Shown: positions 19,392 through 39,482 of the stretch, in pieces | Layout: each line of letters opens with the position of its first letter | Numbering within the stretch: position 1 is the stretch's first letter | NCBI GenBank assembly: GCA_002269645.1 | Contig: NIVC01001021.1 | Coordinates: 1-64,000 of the forward strand | Reading direction: 5' to 3' | Origin: Macrostomum lignano | Lineage: Eukaryota | DNA: 64,000 nt | Position numbers and translations under genes: made by a program | The notes under the pieces: model-generated | What the model saw: the letters and a program-made list of their open reading frames with translations, nothing else | What the model was told of the DNA's origin: nothing | The model's database searches: none

Positions 19392-19680
19392 TATCTCTGC
19401 AGTGTTAACCACCCCCAATGCAAAGAGATAGGCCGCCTCTCCTCCTATCTCTGCAGTGTTAACCACCCCCAATGCAAAGAGATAGGCCGCCTCTCCTCCT
19501 ATCTCTGCAGTGTTAACCACCCCCAATGCAAAGAGATAGGCCGCCTCTCCTCCTATCTCTGCAGTGTTAACCACCCCCAATGCAAAGAGATAGGCCGCCT
19601 CTCCTCCTATCTCTGCAGTGTTAACCATCTCCAGTGTAAAGAAATAGGCCGCCTCTTCTCCTATCACTCCTGTGTTAAGC
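19392..19680. repeat. Subterminal 54 bp repeat (~5 copies), a diverged relative of the 47 bp TIR unit
   Basis: TATCTCTGCAGTGTTAACCACCCCCAATGCAAAGAGATAGGCCGCCTCTCCTCC at 19392, 19446, 19500, 19554, 19608. Confidence 0.9.
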
Positions 19681-19707
19681 AGAGATAGAGCTCATATCTC
19701 TGCAGTG

Positions 19708-20019
19708 CTTAGCCGTCCCCAATGCACAGAGATAGAGCTCATATCTCTGCAGTGCTTAGCCGTCCCCAATGCACAGAGATAGAGCTCATATCTCTGCAGT
19801 GCTTAGCCGTCCCCAATGCACAGAGATAGAGCTCATATCTCTGCAGTGCTTAGCCGTCCCCAATGCACAGAGATAGAGCTCATATCTCTGCAGTGCTTAG
19901 CCGTCCCCAATGCACAGAGATAGGGCTCATATCTCCGCAGTGTATTTTTCCCTATACATTTGCATTGCCGCCTATCTCGCCAGTGCTAGTGCGGCAGTAT
20001 CATAATTCGCCCTACTACT
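19708..20019 (-). repeat. Right terminal inverted repeat
   Basis: Reverse complement of 3234-3545, including the same variant outermost 47 bp unit. Confidence 0.95.
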
Positions 20020-20040
20020 ACTCAAGCTCATTATCCTCAC

Positions 20041-22095
20041 CTGTTCAGCCTCAAAGGATCGCTTACTGCTGTGAGCAATCATAGAATAAGTGGATATGCA
20101 AATCCCTGCGCTACCCGGTCGCTCTTTAGACTCGCTGGTGAATCGACATATCTGAGAATCTTCGATAGTCGACCAGAGCCGGAACTGGCTGCGCCATTGT
20201 TCAACGGCTACGCCGGAAGTGCACAGCACCAGGCATCGCTTACGCACAGTGCAAGCGGCCGTAACGCCTACTAAAGTTTTACCAGCTCCGCATGGCAGCA
20301 CAATGACACCGCTGCGAGCTCTGCCATTGCCGAACATCTTATGCAACGATCTCTCCTGATACGGCCGCAGTGTAGTTAGCGGCTTCAAATCTATAGACAG
20401 ATTCGGATTCTTCGTATCCTGACGGAAGTCGTACTCGGCCATCAGAGGATAATCCAGTTCAGTGCAGCGCTTCTGCAGCACTTCAATCATGCTCTGTTGC
20501 ACTTCTAGAGATACTCGGCTGGCCGATGCGGCCAAGTCCTCCGCGGTGGCGTCCTCTCGGTCCAGCCGATCGTATAGGTCAAGGATGTCGCTAGGAGTGT
20601 CGGTTGTCGATGCGGCGGCGGCGGCTGAGTCAGCCTGCTGTTCAGCCGCTGCGGCTGGCACAGTGCGGCCCTGTCAATCACATTTTCATGGGTATTTATT
20701 TTATTTAGGCTTTTATAGTAACAAGCAATGGATAATAGCGCAGTTTATATTTTGTATTCATATTGCTTCAGTGTCAAGGCAAATAGGATTTGGATAAATA
20801 ATTTTTGTCCCTTGTTTATTGTGCGCCCCTAGAGTCGTGTTGAAGGTAACACAGGTAAAATAGAAAAGAAGTGACTGCACCAGGGGTCGGCAAACTTTTT
20901 TATTTGAAGAATGGAAAGGAACAGGAGGGAAGAGGAGACGAGAGGAGAGGCAGCTGAGAAGAGAAAAAAACCTTGAGCGGGCCGGATTGCTATTGTGAGG
21001 TTTCAAAGAACCCGAGGGCCGGATAGAGAGGCTTTGCGGGCTGCATATGGCTCGCGAGCCGGAACTTGCCGACCCTAAAACGACGGCTGCAACTCTGAAA
21101 CGACTCTAAGGCATGCAACGCAAGTGACTCTGGTGCCGTAGAGTCGTACCTGAGGCGTGCTACAGTAGAGTTCAGTCTACTTGAGTTGGTTGGTAGAAAG
21201 TTAAAAAACGCTAGCACAACTTTTTCGAAGACTCTTTTTCATGATTTTACAACACACGCGATGCGCCCGTGACTCTACAGTCATCCCGGAGTCGCTAGAA
21301 TCACGGTGACGTTTTAATCGGGATTCCTAACCTTGAAAAAAACCACAGCACACGCAGTCTCACCTGTGCAGCTGCCACAGCCGCCTCCAGCATTGACTGA
21401 GACTCAGTGGGATTGAGCAGGCACTCCATGACTACAGGATCCAATAGTACAGTTTTCACAACTGTCAAATGCTGGCTTTCAATAAAATAGCGGCCATCTT
21501 TTAGCACTAATTTAAGCTTAGCGTAGCTTTGCGTACAAATCCTAATGAACTGCTCAATGCCGGGATCTAAAGAGGTTTTGCACAGCCGCCGCAAGTATTC
21601 AATAATATTGTCAGTTTCTAAACCGACACTAACAGCAGCGTACAGACTGTAAGAAGTCAGTCGATACTCGTGAATCAGCTCTGGCCTACTGACTGGCTCT
21701 GAGATTGCTATTAGAAAATCGTGCGCCTGCTTGTAGACCGGACTGAATGCTTCTAAGAAAATGTGCCCATCAGGCGCTACCCACAATGGCCTGGACTCGT
21801 GATCGGTTTTCAATGTCAACGATTTACTGTAGTCTTTAGCGCCATATTCGTCCGTTTCGACGGCGCCAGCCTCGGCGCCTGGCGCGCCTTTAGCAGCCGC
21901 GGCGGGCACAGCGGCCTCGGCGGCGGCATCTGTCGCCGCGTCGTCTTCAAAATCAGACGCCTGATAATCCACATCGGAATCGTCTTTGGCTGCCGGTTTT
22001 TCTATCCGGACTTTCTTCGACGGTCGGCCAGAACTTGAAGACTCTTTATTGGCGCCGCTAGATTTTCCGGCTTTCTTACGCTTGTCACCGCCCAT
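20041..22095 (-). CDS. ERCC3: XPB/ERCC3 TFIIH helicase, exons 1-2 (22095-21364, 20670-20041); the remaining exons are not found in the window
   Basis: [62 protein letters not shown] (motif I); GT/AG phase-0 junctions at 21363 and 20671; next donor CAG|GTGAG at 20040. Confidence 0.95.
20881..21077. mobile_element. Short hAT (Charlie-like) remnant in XPB intron 1
   Basis: CAGGGGTCGGCAAAC versus ACTTGCCGACCCTA imperfect TIRs, with a GCGGGCTGC...GGCTCGCGAGCCG subterminal motif; no TSD found. Confidence 0.55.
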
Positions 22096-22179
22096 TTTTA
22101 CTGTGCGAGTGGCGTTGAAACAATTTGCTGCAAAATAAAATATTTGAAAAATTATGACTCTCATTAAAAACCAAACCCT

Positions 22180-23275
22180 CTGGCGCCCAAATCACTCTCT
22201 TTTAGCACCCCAAAAACTTTAGCAGCTCGGCGGCCTCGCCGAGCACCCCAGGCACTCTCTTTAGCACTCCAAGCATTCTCTTTAGCACTCCAAGCATTCT
22301 CTTTAGCACTCCAAGCACTCTCTTTAGCACTCCAAGCATTCTCTTTAGCACTCCAAGCACTCTCTTTAGCACTCCAAGCACTCTCTTTAGCACTCCAAGC
22401 ATTCTCTTTAGCACTCCAAGCACTCTCTTTAGCACTCAAAGCACTCTCTTTAGCACTCTCTTTAGCAAACCGAAGCACTCTCTTTAGCACCATAAGCACT
22501 CTCTTTAGCAAACCGAAGCACTCTCTTTAGCATCCTAAGCACTCTTTAGCGTCCCAAGCACTCTCTTTAGAACACCAAGCACTCTCTTTAGAACACCAAG
22601 CACTCTCTTTAGCACCCCAAAGCACTCTCTTTAGCACTCCAAGCACTCTCTTTAGCACTCCAAGCATTCTCTTTAGCACTCCAAGCACTCTCTTTAGCAC
22701 TCCAAGCATTCTCTTTAGCACTCCAAGCACTCTCTTTAGCACTCCAAGCACTCTCTTTAGCACTCCAAGCATTCTCTTTAGCACTCCAAGCACTCTCTTT
22801 AGCACTCAAAGCACTCTCTTTAGCACTCTCTTTAGCAAACCGAAGCACTCTCTTTAGCACCATAAGCACTCTCTTTAGCAAACCGAAGCACTCTCTTTAG
22901 CATCCTAAGCACTCTTTAGCGTCCCAAGCACTCTCTTTAGAACACCAAGCACTCTCTTTAGCACCCCAAAGCACTCTCTTTAGCACTCCAAGCACTCTCT
23001 TTAGCACTCCAAGCATTCTCTTTAGCACTCCAAGCACTCTCTTTAGCACTCAAAGCACTCTCTTTAGCACTCTCTTTAGCAAACCGAAGCACTCTCTTTA
23101 GCATCCTAAGCACTCTTTAGCGTCCCAAGCACTCTCTTTAGAACACCAAGCACTCTCTTTAGAACACCAAGCACTCTCTTTAGCACCCCAAAGCACTTTC
23201 TTTAGCACTCCAAAGCACTCTCTTTAGCATTACAACAAGCACTCCTTGGCACTCCAAGCACTCCCTTAGGCACTT
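22180..23275. repeat. Minisatellite, 21 bp unit (CACTCTCTTTAGCACTCCAAG), just upstream of XPB
   Basis: Directly visible, with higher-order block duplications. Confidence 0.95.
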
Positions 23276-25016
23276 GCTTTCATGCCTACTAAATTTTAAT
23301 GTCATAGATTTGAATGTTAACAGTAAAAATATTTTTATTTAATATAATAATACAAATTCATCTAAATAGTACTACTTATAAACCTTAAAACATTGATAAA
23401 ATTTCAACACTTAAAAATTGGAATTTAAAATAAATTTAATTCAATCTATATTATCATAAAATAAATAGGAATCTATGCAGATAGCATGGCATCCTATATC
23501 AATAAAGAAGTCAACTGGTAAATATACAATCATAAATATTTTAAATCTTCAAATTGAGAAAGCATCAAATTATAAAAAAGCTTACTTAATTACTTTTTTA
23601 ACAATTATGCTAACAAGAAAACTGAAAAAGTTGAGCTAACTATAAAAATATATTCTTATAATCCTATATAGCTATATGCTCTATATCTAAGACTAAACTT
23701 TGTCTACAAACTTGTATATTTAACAAAGTATCTACACATTTTAAACTTACTTTAAGAGATATTTAATTTTTAGCATTAAGCTATATATTGGATATAAGCC
23801 ATAGCCAAGATATTGTCTTATACATACTCAAAAACATAAACTGATTAAATATAAATACTATGAGATATATATGTTTATCTTATATATAGACACTAGACCA
23901 AGGCAATTATACTTAAATAATTGATATTATATATGATTATATATCTCATAAACAAAATTTTGCATTATTAACATTATATAATTTTATAGCCTACCATTCT
24001 AGGAAATATAAAAAAGTTTTTTAATGATTAAGAATATATAAAGAATATAAAAGTTTTTGATTTTTAAACAATATAAGTTATGGATAGTGGAGCTTATATG
24101 TAGATAAGGCATTTTGCCTTAACAAGACAGTCAAAGTTATTGTTACCATTTACCCAAAATTTTATTAATTTTGCTTTAGGGTTTCCTTTACATGTAAGTC
24201 GCACTTTGGCTAAAAACTGTTGCATTTTTTGTTAAAACTAAGTCACATGGTCAACTGAATTTTGGAGGTTGCGCATATATGATTGTTGTGACTTTTTTTA
24301 TTATATAGGGCCTATTCTATCACATAGTTTTGTTAGATATTCCAAATTCCATTAGTCATTGGATTAATATGTAGGCTATCAATAATATTTATAGGCCTAA
24401 TACTTTCTATAATAAACCCATAAGTGATAGACTTACTAATGCCAATGGAATTACTAATGGAAGACCATTGAAATGATAAGAGACCATTGAATTACACATG
24501 GGACACTGCTCTCTACATTAATCAATGCTTAAAATATTATCTAACATAATTATTATTAGCCTAAACTAGGCTTAGGCTTATATACCAACTTGCAATCACT
24601 AGGGCCTAACCTAAAATCTAAATTCATGCCAGAAATTTCTGGCTAGGCCTAAGCCAAGGGCCAAGGCTAGAGGCAAATACACCTAGTCATACCAAAATTA
24701 TTTGGCAAGAAAGAAAACTTTACTATTTTTAGCTAACTATTAAAGTTTAATAGAATATATAAATCAATGAAATCATATATATATAAATGACTGGCAGACT
24801 ATGAATAAGGTAGGCCTAAAATTCAATAATTACAATTAGATTGACTTAAACACCATTTAGCTTTCATTAGCACTAGGCTTTAGCCGCTAAGCTGCTTTAT
24901 TTATTGGTTGCTTTTGTTAGAGACTATAACCTAGGCCTATAGTATAAGCTATACTATGATATGACATGAGCATGACTATATGTCATTGACATTGTCAAGA
25001 CAAGCTAGGCCTAATA

Positions 25017-25452
25017 TGAGGGATACTCCAAAAGTTTTGCAATTCAACCACTTGCGCAAGTCCCACGGCCACAATCTTAAAAACCAACTCTCTGTATAAT
25101 AAACATGTACATAGGCCTAGTCTCCACCTTATTTTCAAGTGAATTCATACATATACATCTGCTCAGCCTCCAGTCAAAGTCAGAGCTCCTTAACTGTACA
25201 GCTGCAGCCATGGAATTGAATCATGAGCAGAATCGGCTACTAATTTGGTACTGCCACAAGCAAAAGCTCATAGCGCTTGAGACTCATGCCGAGCTACTAG
25301 CAACATTGGAGGCTCAAGCGCCGTTATATGCTACAGTTACACGCTGGTACCGCGAGTTCCAGGCTGGCAGGACCAGCTTTTCTGATGACCCCTGGCCCGG
25401 GAGACCTCCGACAGCAGTGATAGAGGAAAACATCGCTGCAGTGCAGGAGCTG
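25017..25452 (+). mobile_element. 5' fragment of a mariner/Tc1 transposon (TIR plus truncated transposase N-terminus from 25210)
   Basis: TA-TGAGGGATACTCCAAAAGTTTT end; LYATVTRWYREFQAGRTSFSDDPWPGRP matches the mariner HTH and GRP motif; no catalytic domain follows. Confidence 0.8.
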
Positions 25453-25802
25453 ATTTATCTTTCTAATTGAAAATTTTTTCGTGCACTATCTAACAAATCG
25501 TAGAAAAATCCAATCAATTTTATCGGTTCATCCTGCGTTTTTTTAATTATATGCTGATGCTACGTGTATTTTATTTTTTACTGCTTGATTTTAACAGAAT
25601 CAATTGGGTTTTCTAGCATTTAATAAATCGCATCAATTAAATTACGATCAAGGAAGACCCATGTTTCTAGCCTTCGTTGCAATTGCAATTGCAATAAGCA
25701 ATCACCACAAGAAATAAAATCATCAAGTACAAAACCACACAATTTATAGGCCTAACTCGTCCTTATTTACGTCCTATTAAAGTTATTTATGCTAGCTATT
25801 TG

Positions 25803-26970
25803 CAGTGATGGGCATAGCGGGCGCTAAATTTGAAATTCGATTTGGCGCCGCTACGATTTTTGAAATTCGCTAATATCGCTAAATTAAATTTTGACTTAGC
25901 GTACGCTGCAAAAGCGCCGCTACGTTTCGCTTAAATTCCCCAAAAATTGAAATTCGTTAAATTTTAGGCAACTAATTTTCTTTTACATCGTTCTCTAGGG
26001 TTTTTAGTCTTCAAAACAATTTTGTTTTACTAATTTCAATTTTTTAAATCATTTTTAACGTACGTAACGTAACGGTTTTTAGAATTTACAATCAAGTCAT
26101 GTATACTGTGCTGATACTGTCATACTGATACTAATAGGGAAAGAAATAAAATAAATTGATAGTCAGTCATACTCATAGTCATATAGGACTCATAGATAGA
26201 TCATAGACTGATGCTGATGCCTGATAGACGATAGTGATAACTGATGATCGAGTGATGAGTCTAATTTTTCTTTTTTGTTTTTGTTACTTGTCTCATTTTT
26301 TGCTGCTGTTGTTCTTGCTGTTTGTTTTTTGTCTGAATAATTATTTTATCTCCTAAATAAATCTATAAATGTTCATTTTAATTTCTAGTTTATTCAATTG
26401 ATTCAATTGCGAGTGCCGTAAGTAAATACAATTCCGTAAATCAGTAATTCAAGCAATTTCGATAGTAAAATTTAAATCGTCACGTCAATTACCATCACTG
26501 ACTGCCAACCAGCAACGGTGACCGACTTGGCGACTGGCAGTGGCAACTTACTAAGTAAAGTTACTAAACTTACTACGGTACTTACTGTCTGTCATGTTAG
26601 TGTACTGGACCGGTTATCATCTACCTTATCCTTTGGCTTTGCATGGTATGAGTACAACAATTTACTTTTTTTAATTTGACGAATTTTAACTAATTTGCGT
26701 TTTTTATTTTAATAAATATAAAGTAAAATCTTTCAAATATTCACACACTGCTTAAACTAAAGAAAAGAAACGGTAAAAATTAAGTTTTTTTTCATGTTTT
26801 TAGGAAATTTTGAATTTTAGCGAATTTCATTTAGCGGCCCTAAATTCGCTAATTTTGAAACTAAAATAGCGGCCGCTACATATAGCGGCGCAAACTTTTT
26901 TTAAAAATTTGATAGCGGAAACGCTATATAGCGGCGCTACAAAAATATTTTTTAGCGGTGCCCACCATTG
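25803..26970. mobile_element. Non-autonomous hAT element, 1168 bp, with an 8 bp TSD
   Basis: TIRs CAGTGATGGGCA / TGCCCACCATTG; identical GCTATTTG at 25795-25802 and 26971-26978; subterminal TAGCGG/CCGCTA repeats at both ends. Confidence 0.9.
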
Positions 26971-28586
26971 GCTATTTGCGAGAAGCTGTGAATGGCGACT
27001 GCAGTGGACGTACGTGCCACATTGAGTTTTTGCACATACATGTATGTAAATGTATGTATGTGTAAGCTGCTGCTTGTATTATATATAGCTCGTACACGGT
27101 ATCCAGGTGCACGAGCATATTTATAAATTTTCTACGCCTGAATTTACCCACTGTATGCGCTTACATGCAGATCGGATTTCTCAAACATGTATGGTGCGAA
27201 ACCCCAATGCACCCCCACATGCAGGCGTTCTCTAGAATATATGCACTGTGATATGAAAAATGTAGCTTATGTAATAAGAAAATCAAGGGGTAACTGATTG
27301 CTTATTTTTTACTTCAGTTGTCCAAAATGATCGACCCGACGTGTGTGATGGAGATGGCTAGAATGCGAATTGGCAGTTTTTAATTTACGCTGACATGTAC
27401 TGTGTAGAGGAACGTGTACCACATACATTTGAACATGCGCACGGGACGGCACGAGCATTAAATGTTGTAACTTGAACTGATACGAGTATTCTGCACATAG
27501 CAGAGACAGGACTTACCTTGGCAATTAGATGTATTTTAAAAATTAGTTATAATTGAGTCGAACAAAACAGCAAACAGGAATAAGTTAAAAATGCTTTTTG
27601 TGATATAACGATTTTGTGACTCACTCCGGACGCGTTTAATTTTGACAGAACACTGCTTAATATGTACATGTATTTCATTTACGGTAGCCCAAACTGCGAG
27701 CGGTATATATACTTACATGTAATTATATCTGGTTTCTCGAACAGATTAGATAAGCAATATTCAGTTCCGATATTGTCTGTCTGCCTGTCTGCCTGTCTGT
27801 CTGTCCGTCTTGCCGGCCATGCGTATATGACAACAATTATTAAGGCAAGCTATAAAATTGATTATTAATAGATTTTAAACTTATGAATGGTGGCATTTAT
27901 TAAATAAATATGCGAACTAACTGTTTCAGTTTATATTTATAGGACATAGCTTCGCGTTTACAAGCTTGAAGTTTATGCAAATATATCAACTTGTTAAATA
28001 TTAAAACAGCTATATGCAACAAAAATTTACTAAACATAAATAGTAAAAGTATTTATAGATGATGCAGATTGCAAGTTTGAAAAATTGTATTATTAATTAT
28101 GCCAAAGAACTAGTAAGCTATGGTCTATTAGTATTATAATTATTATGTTCATTGCGCATATATGCAGTATGTATACGTAAATACACATATATGAAAATTA
28201 ACAGATTACAGCGAATCTCTTTATATAGCGATTTCAGTGGCGAGCTACGAGGAGAAGCAGCGACAGTGCAGAAAAAGCATTCAGATCATCAGATTTACAG
28301 AGCTCTCAGCACTTGCAGTTGGAGAAAGGCAAAATTAATGAAACACAATAGAATTAGTAAATAGTAGGTAAATTGCAGTAACAGGTAAATTAGACAGCGG
28401 GCACGGCAAAGCGAAATTATGCATTTTTATGGGCTGCGGGTACTACAGAAACTAAATTAAAATTAATAAACTTAAGTGCTAAGCCAATGCAACCCAACAC
28501 AGCTAGCTCGTATAATTGACTACTGTAAGTAGCTAAAGGGCCAAAATTACTAAGGCAAATTTAAAGAATTGTGCGACTTGGAACAG

Positions 28587-30110
28587 CTGTTTAATGGCGA
28601 TTGTTAGGGCTGTTTAATGGCGATTGCTAGGGCTGTTTAATGGCGATTGTTAGGGCTGTTTAATGGCAATTGTTAGGGCTGTTTAATGGCGATTGTTAGG
28701 GCTGTTTAATGGCGATTGTTAGGGCTGTTTAATGGCGATTGTTAGGGCTGTTTAATGGCGATTGTTAGGGCTGTTTAATGGCGATTGCTAGGGCTGTTTA
28801 ATGGCGATTGTTAGGGCTGTTTAATGGCAATTGTTAGGGCTGTTTAATGGCGATTGTTAGGGCTGTTTAATGGCGATTGTTAGGGCTGTTTAATGGCGAT
28901 TGTTAGGGCTGTTTAATGGCGATTGTTAGGGCTGTTTAATGGCGATTGCTAGGGCTGTTTAATGGCGATTGTTAGGGCTGTTTAATGGCGATTGTTAGGG
29001 CTGTTTAATGGCGATTGTTAGGGCTGTTTAATGGCAATTGTTAGGGCTGTTTAATGGCGATTGTTAGGGCTGTTTAATGGCGATTGTTAGGGCTGTTTAA
29101 TGGCGATTGTTAGGGCTGTTTAATGGCGATTGCTAGGGCTGTTTAATGGCGATTGCTAGGGCTGTTTAATGGCGATTGCTAGGGCTGTTTAATGGCGATT
29201 GTTAGGGCTGTTTAATGGCGATTGTTAGGGCTGTTTAATGGCGATTGTTAGGGCTGTTTAATGGCGATTGCTAGGGCTGTTTAATGGCGATTGTTAGGGC
29301 TGTTTAATGGCGATTGCTAGGGCTGTTTAATGGCGATTGTTAGGGCTGTTTAATGGCGATTGTTAGGGCTGTTTAATGGCGATTGCTAGGGCTGTTTAAT
29401 GGCAATTGTTAGGGCTGTTTAATGGCGATTGTTAGGGCTGTTTAATGGCAATTGTTAGGGCTGTTTAATGGCGATTGCTAGGGCTGTTTAATGGCAATTG
29501 TTAGGGCTGTTTAATGGCGATTGTTAGGGCTGTTTAATGGCGATTGCTAGGGCTGTTTAATGGCGATTGCTAGGGCTGTTTAATGGCGATTGTTAGGGCT
29601 GTTTAATGGCGATTGTTAGGGCTGTTTAATGGCGATTGCTAGGGCTGTTTAATGGCAATTGTTAGGGCTGTTTAATGGCGATTGTTAGGGCTGTTTAATG
29701 GCGATTGCTAGGGCTGTTTAATGGCAATTGTTAGGGCTGTTTAATGGCGATTGTTAGGGCTGTTTAATGGCGATTGTTAGGGCTGTTTAATGGCGATTGT
29801 TAGGGCTGTTTAATGGCGATTGTTAGGGCTGTTTAATGGCAATTGTTAGGGCTGTTTAATGGCGATTGTTAGGGCTGTTTAATGGCGATTGTTAGGGCTG
29901 TTTAATGGCGATTGTTAGGGCTGTTTAATGGCAATTGTTAGGGCTGTTTAATGGCGATTGTTAGGGCTGTTTAATGGCGATTGTTAGGGCTGTTTAATGG
30001 CGATTGTTAGGGCTGTTTAATGGCGATTGTTAGGGCTGTTTAATGGCGATTTTTAGGGCTGTTTAATGGCGATTGCTAGGGCTGTTTAATGGCGATTGCT
30101 AGGGCTGTTT
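28587..30110. repeat. Minisatellite, 23 bp unit (CTGTTTAATGGCGATTGTTAGGG), ~66 copies
   Basis: Directly visible, highly homogeneous. Confidence 0.97.
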
Positions 30111-30994
30111 AAAGCTGATTGTTGGGGCTGTATTTAAGGCCTTAAATTCCCTTAAGGGAAGAGTGAGTTGAGGGTTGTTTAAGAGACAAACTGAGCACTG
30201 TTTACCAGTGGCTTTTACCTAACTGTCTAGCCGGTACTTCAGACTTGTCAAGGGTGAAAGCGTGCCTAAAGATTAATTTAAGCTTCCGCTATCAATCAAA
30301 GCGCAAAAAAGCACAAAAATAGGCAATAGTAAATTGCGAAAAAACACACAGATAGATAGGCCTTTTCACGCCAAGCATACACTGAAGTATTATGTTCAGT
30401 GTTGAGCACAAGTTAAAGACTATTTTTTGTTAAACTATATACTTAATGAACGGTGGAATTTGAAAAAAATTAAACAGATGAGCAAGAGGCTACTAGTTTG
30501 TGTCTGTAGTAAGTAGTGCATATTGAATATTATGAGACAAATGTTCTAATAATGCTTGCTTGCGATAAATAGACAATTGCTTTTTTTGCAAACCCGCAAA
30601 ACTGACCTTTAAGCAGAGAAAGGCAAACAAACTATAAGTGTGAAAGCAAAGTGGACACGGATCGATTCTGATGAGCAAAACATTGCTTTACATATGAACT
30701 GTGTTCAATTATTAAATTATAAACGAAAAGCAATCGCTAGCAGGCTTTAGTAACAAGATATAAATATATATAGAGAAATAAACATCAAAACTATTTTGTA
30801 TGCAAATTTTGACTTTATTCAAGAACAATATTAAGGCTGTGGAGATTATACAAATGGACTTATAAGAATCAGAATAAAAGTTGGATTACTGAAGCCAACC
30901 TAAGGAGCCGGTCCATTTGGGGAAATTTCCACGAGTTTTAGACGCCAATAATTTAACAACAATCTATAAAGTTTGGGGATATGAACTTTGGGGT

Positions 30995-31282
30995 GTGGAG
31001 TTTGGGCTTTGGGGAATGGAGATTAAGGATATGGAGATTAAGGATATGGAGATTAAGGAATGAAGATTGGGATGTGGAGATTGGGGATATGGAGATTGGG
31101 GTGTGGAGATTGGGGATATGAAGATTAGGGATGTGGAGATTGGGGATGTGGAGATTGGGGATATGAAGATTGGGGTGTGGAGATTGGGGATATGAAGATT
31201 GGGGATGTGGAGATTGGTGATATGAAGATTGGGGATGTGGAGATTGGGGATATGAAGATTGGGATATAGAGATTAGGGATAC
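30995..31282. repeat. Degenerate ~21 bp minisatellite (GGAGATTGGGGATATGAAGATT-like)
   Basis: Directly visible downstream of the DYRK1A stop. Confidence 0.8.
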
Positions 31283-31462
31283 GAAATCAACGGCTTTCTT
31301 ATTCAGGCAACCTGCAACTGTGAAATTCGGCAGAGATTGTAAAACCCGAATCAGCGTCTTACACTGTAACTCTATAGGGAAACATTGTCTTGAAGAAGCG
31401 AATGCCCCTTGGCCCCAATTAATTATGAACTAATTAAAATAGTTTTTGCAAAATGAGAAGCT

Positions 31463-38122
<6,660 letters not shown>

Positions 38123-39129
38123 AAATACAATTTATAATATGTACTATCACTGCCAGCCAGTATTTATTAAACAATATTCCAGTATGCGATGCTCTTTTCA
38201 AGTCTTTGTTTCAGCTGTTAAGTAGTGATCAAGCTTGATTCTTTAGGACTTCTGTGTCTGTGTGCTGTAACTTTGCAGTTAATTGATTTTATGTTATTTA
38301 TAACACAGCAGGATTCTATAGAGTGATATTTTTGGTTTCACAGAAATATGAAAATAAGATTATTATTAAAGACTATGAAAATTACATTATCTGGCTATGA
38401 CAATCATGTTAAATATTGAACCAGTTAAATACAATATTTATTGTCTACAATAAAGATGCTTCTTATTAACCAATGCCAACTATGTTAGAGGATGAACATA
38501 TATACAAAACTGTATACACAACTTAATTTTGACCAGATTTGTATCTTACCCAAAAGCTAAGTAAGTACTTAGAAACTTAAATTTATTGTGAAATTTTGCC
38601 AAAAAGATAAAAATTGTCTAGAAAAAGTCATCAATTTTGTGATTTACCTTTGGTCCACAATAGTTTATATTAGCTAGAGTGAACAAATTGGCTAGCAATT
38701 TTGCATATATATAAACAACTCATACATCTATTTGATTTACAAACTATTATATAACTTGAGGAAAAACTTTTAATAAAAAACCTGATATAAATGTATACTT
38801 CGTTTTTATTTACATGATAATAAATTACATCATCCTTTTTGCATAAAAATAACTTGTTTAAAGGCAGATTTACAAAAAATAGGACTTCTGTTTTTTAAAA
38901 TTAAACAAAAATCCTAAAATCAAACATATAAAGCTATTATATTAGATAATGCAAAGTTAATAAAATAAACTTTTTAAAAAATTGACAATATTTATCATTT
39001 CTAATTTTTAGCTTAATAGTAAGATAGTAAAGATAATAAAGCTATAAAGTAGTAAAACACTACTTAATTTAAACCAAAAAGTTATGGAATTCCCTTGGAT
39101 CAATGGTGTTGAATAATAGGCTCTGTTTT

Positions 39130-39482
39130 ACTATCTTGCTATCTGGGATGATGCTTGCTATCTGGGTGGATGCTTGCTATCTGGGATGATGCTTGCTATC
39201 TAGGGGATGCTTGCTATCTGGGTGGATGCTTGCTATCTAGGTGGATGCTTGCTATCTAGGTGGATGCTTGCTATCTGGGATGATGCTTGCTATCTGGGGG
39301 ATGCTTGCTATCTGGGATGATGCTTGCTATCTGGGATGATGCTTGCTATCTGGGGATGCTTGCTATCTGGGGATGCTTGCTATCTGGGTGGATGCTTGCT
39401 ATCTGGGTGGATGCTTGCTATCTGGGTGGATACTTGCTATCTGGGTGGATGCTTGCTATCTGGGGGATGCTTGCTGTCTTGG
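39130..39482. repeat. Minisatellite, ~19 bp unit (GATGCTTGCTATCTGGGTG)
   Basis: Directly visible. Confidence 0.9.

Larger units (their letters stand above)
3234..20019. mobile_element. Full-length Polinton/Maverick (adintovirus-like endogenous viral element), 16786 bp
   Basis: Matching TIRs beginning AGTAGTAGGGCGAATT (3234) and ending AATTCGCCCTACTACT (20019; a third ACT extends to 20022). Encloses pPolB, integrase, ATPase, protease, major and minor capsid genes. Confidence 0.97.

Noticed and set aside
20041-22095. XPB (TFIIH) as Polinton cargo forming a TBP-PC4-XPB transcription set
   Set aside because: XPB lies outside the right TIR, has host-type introns and is interrupted by the element; the adjacency is best read as an insertion site
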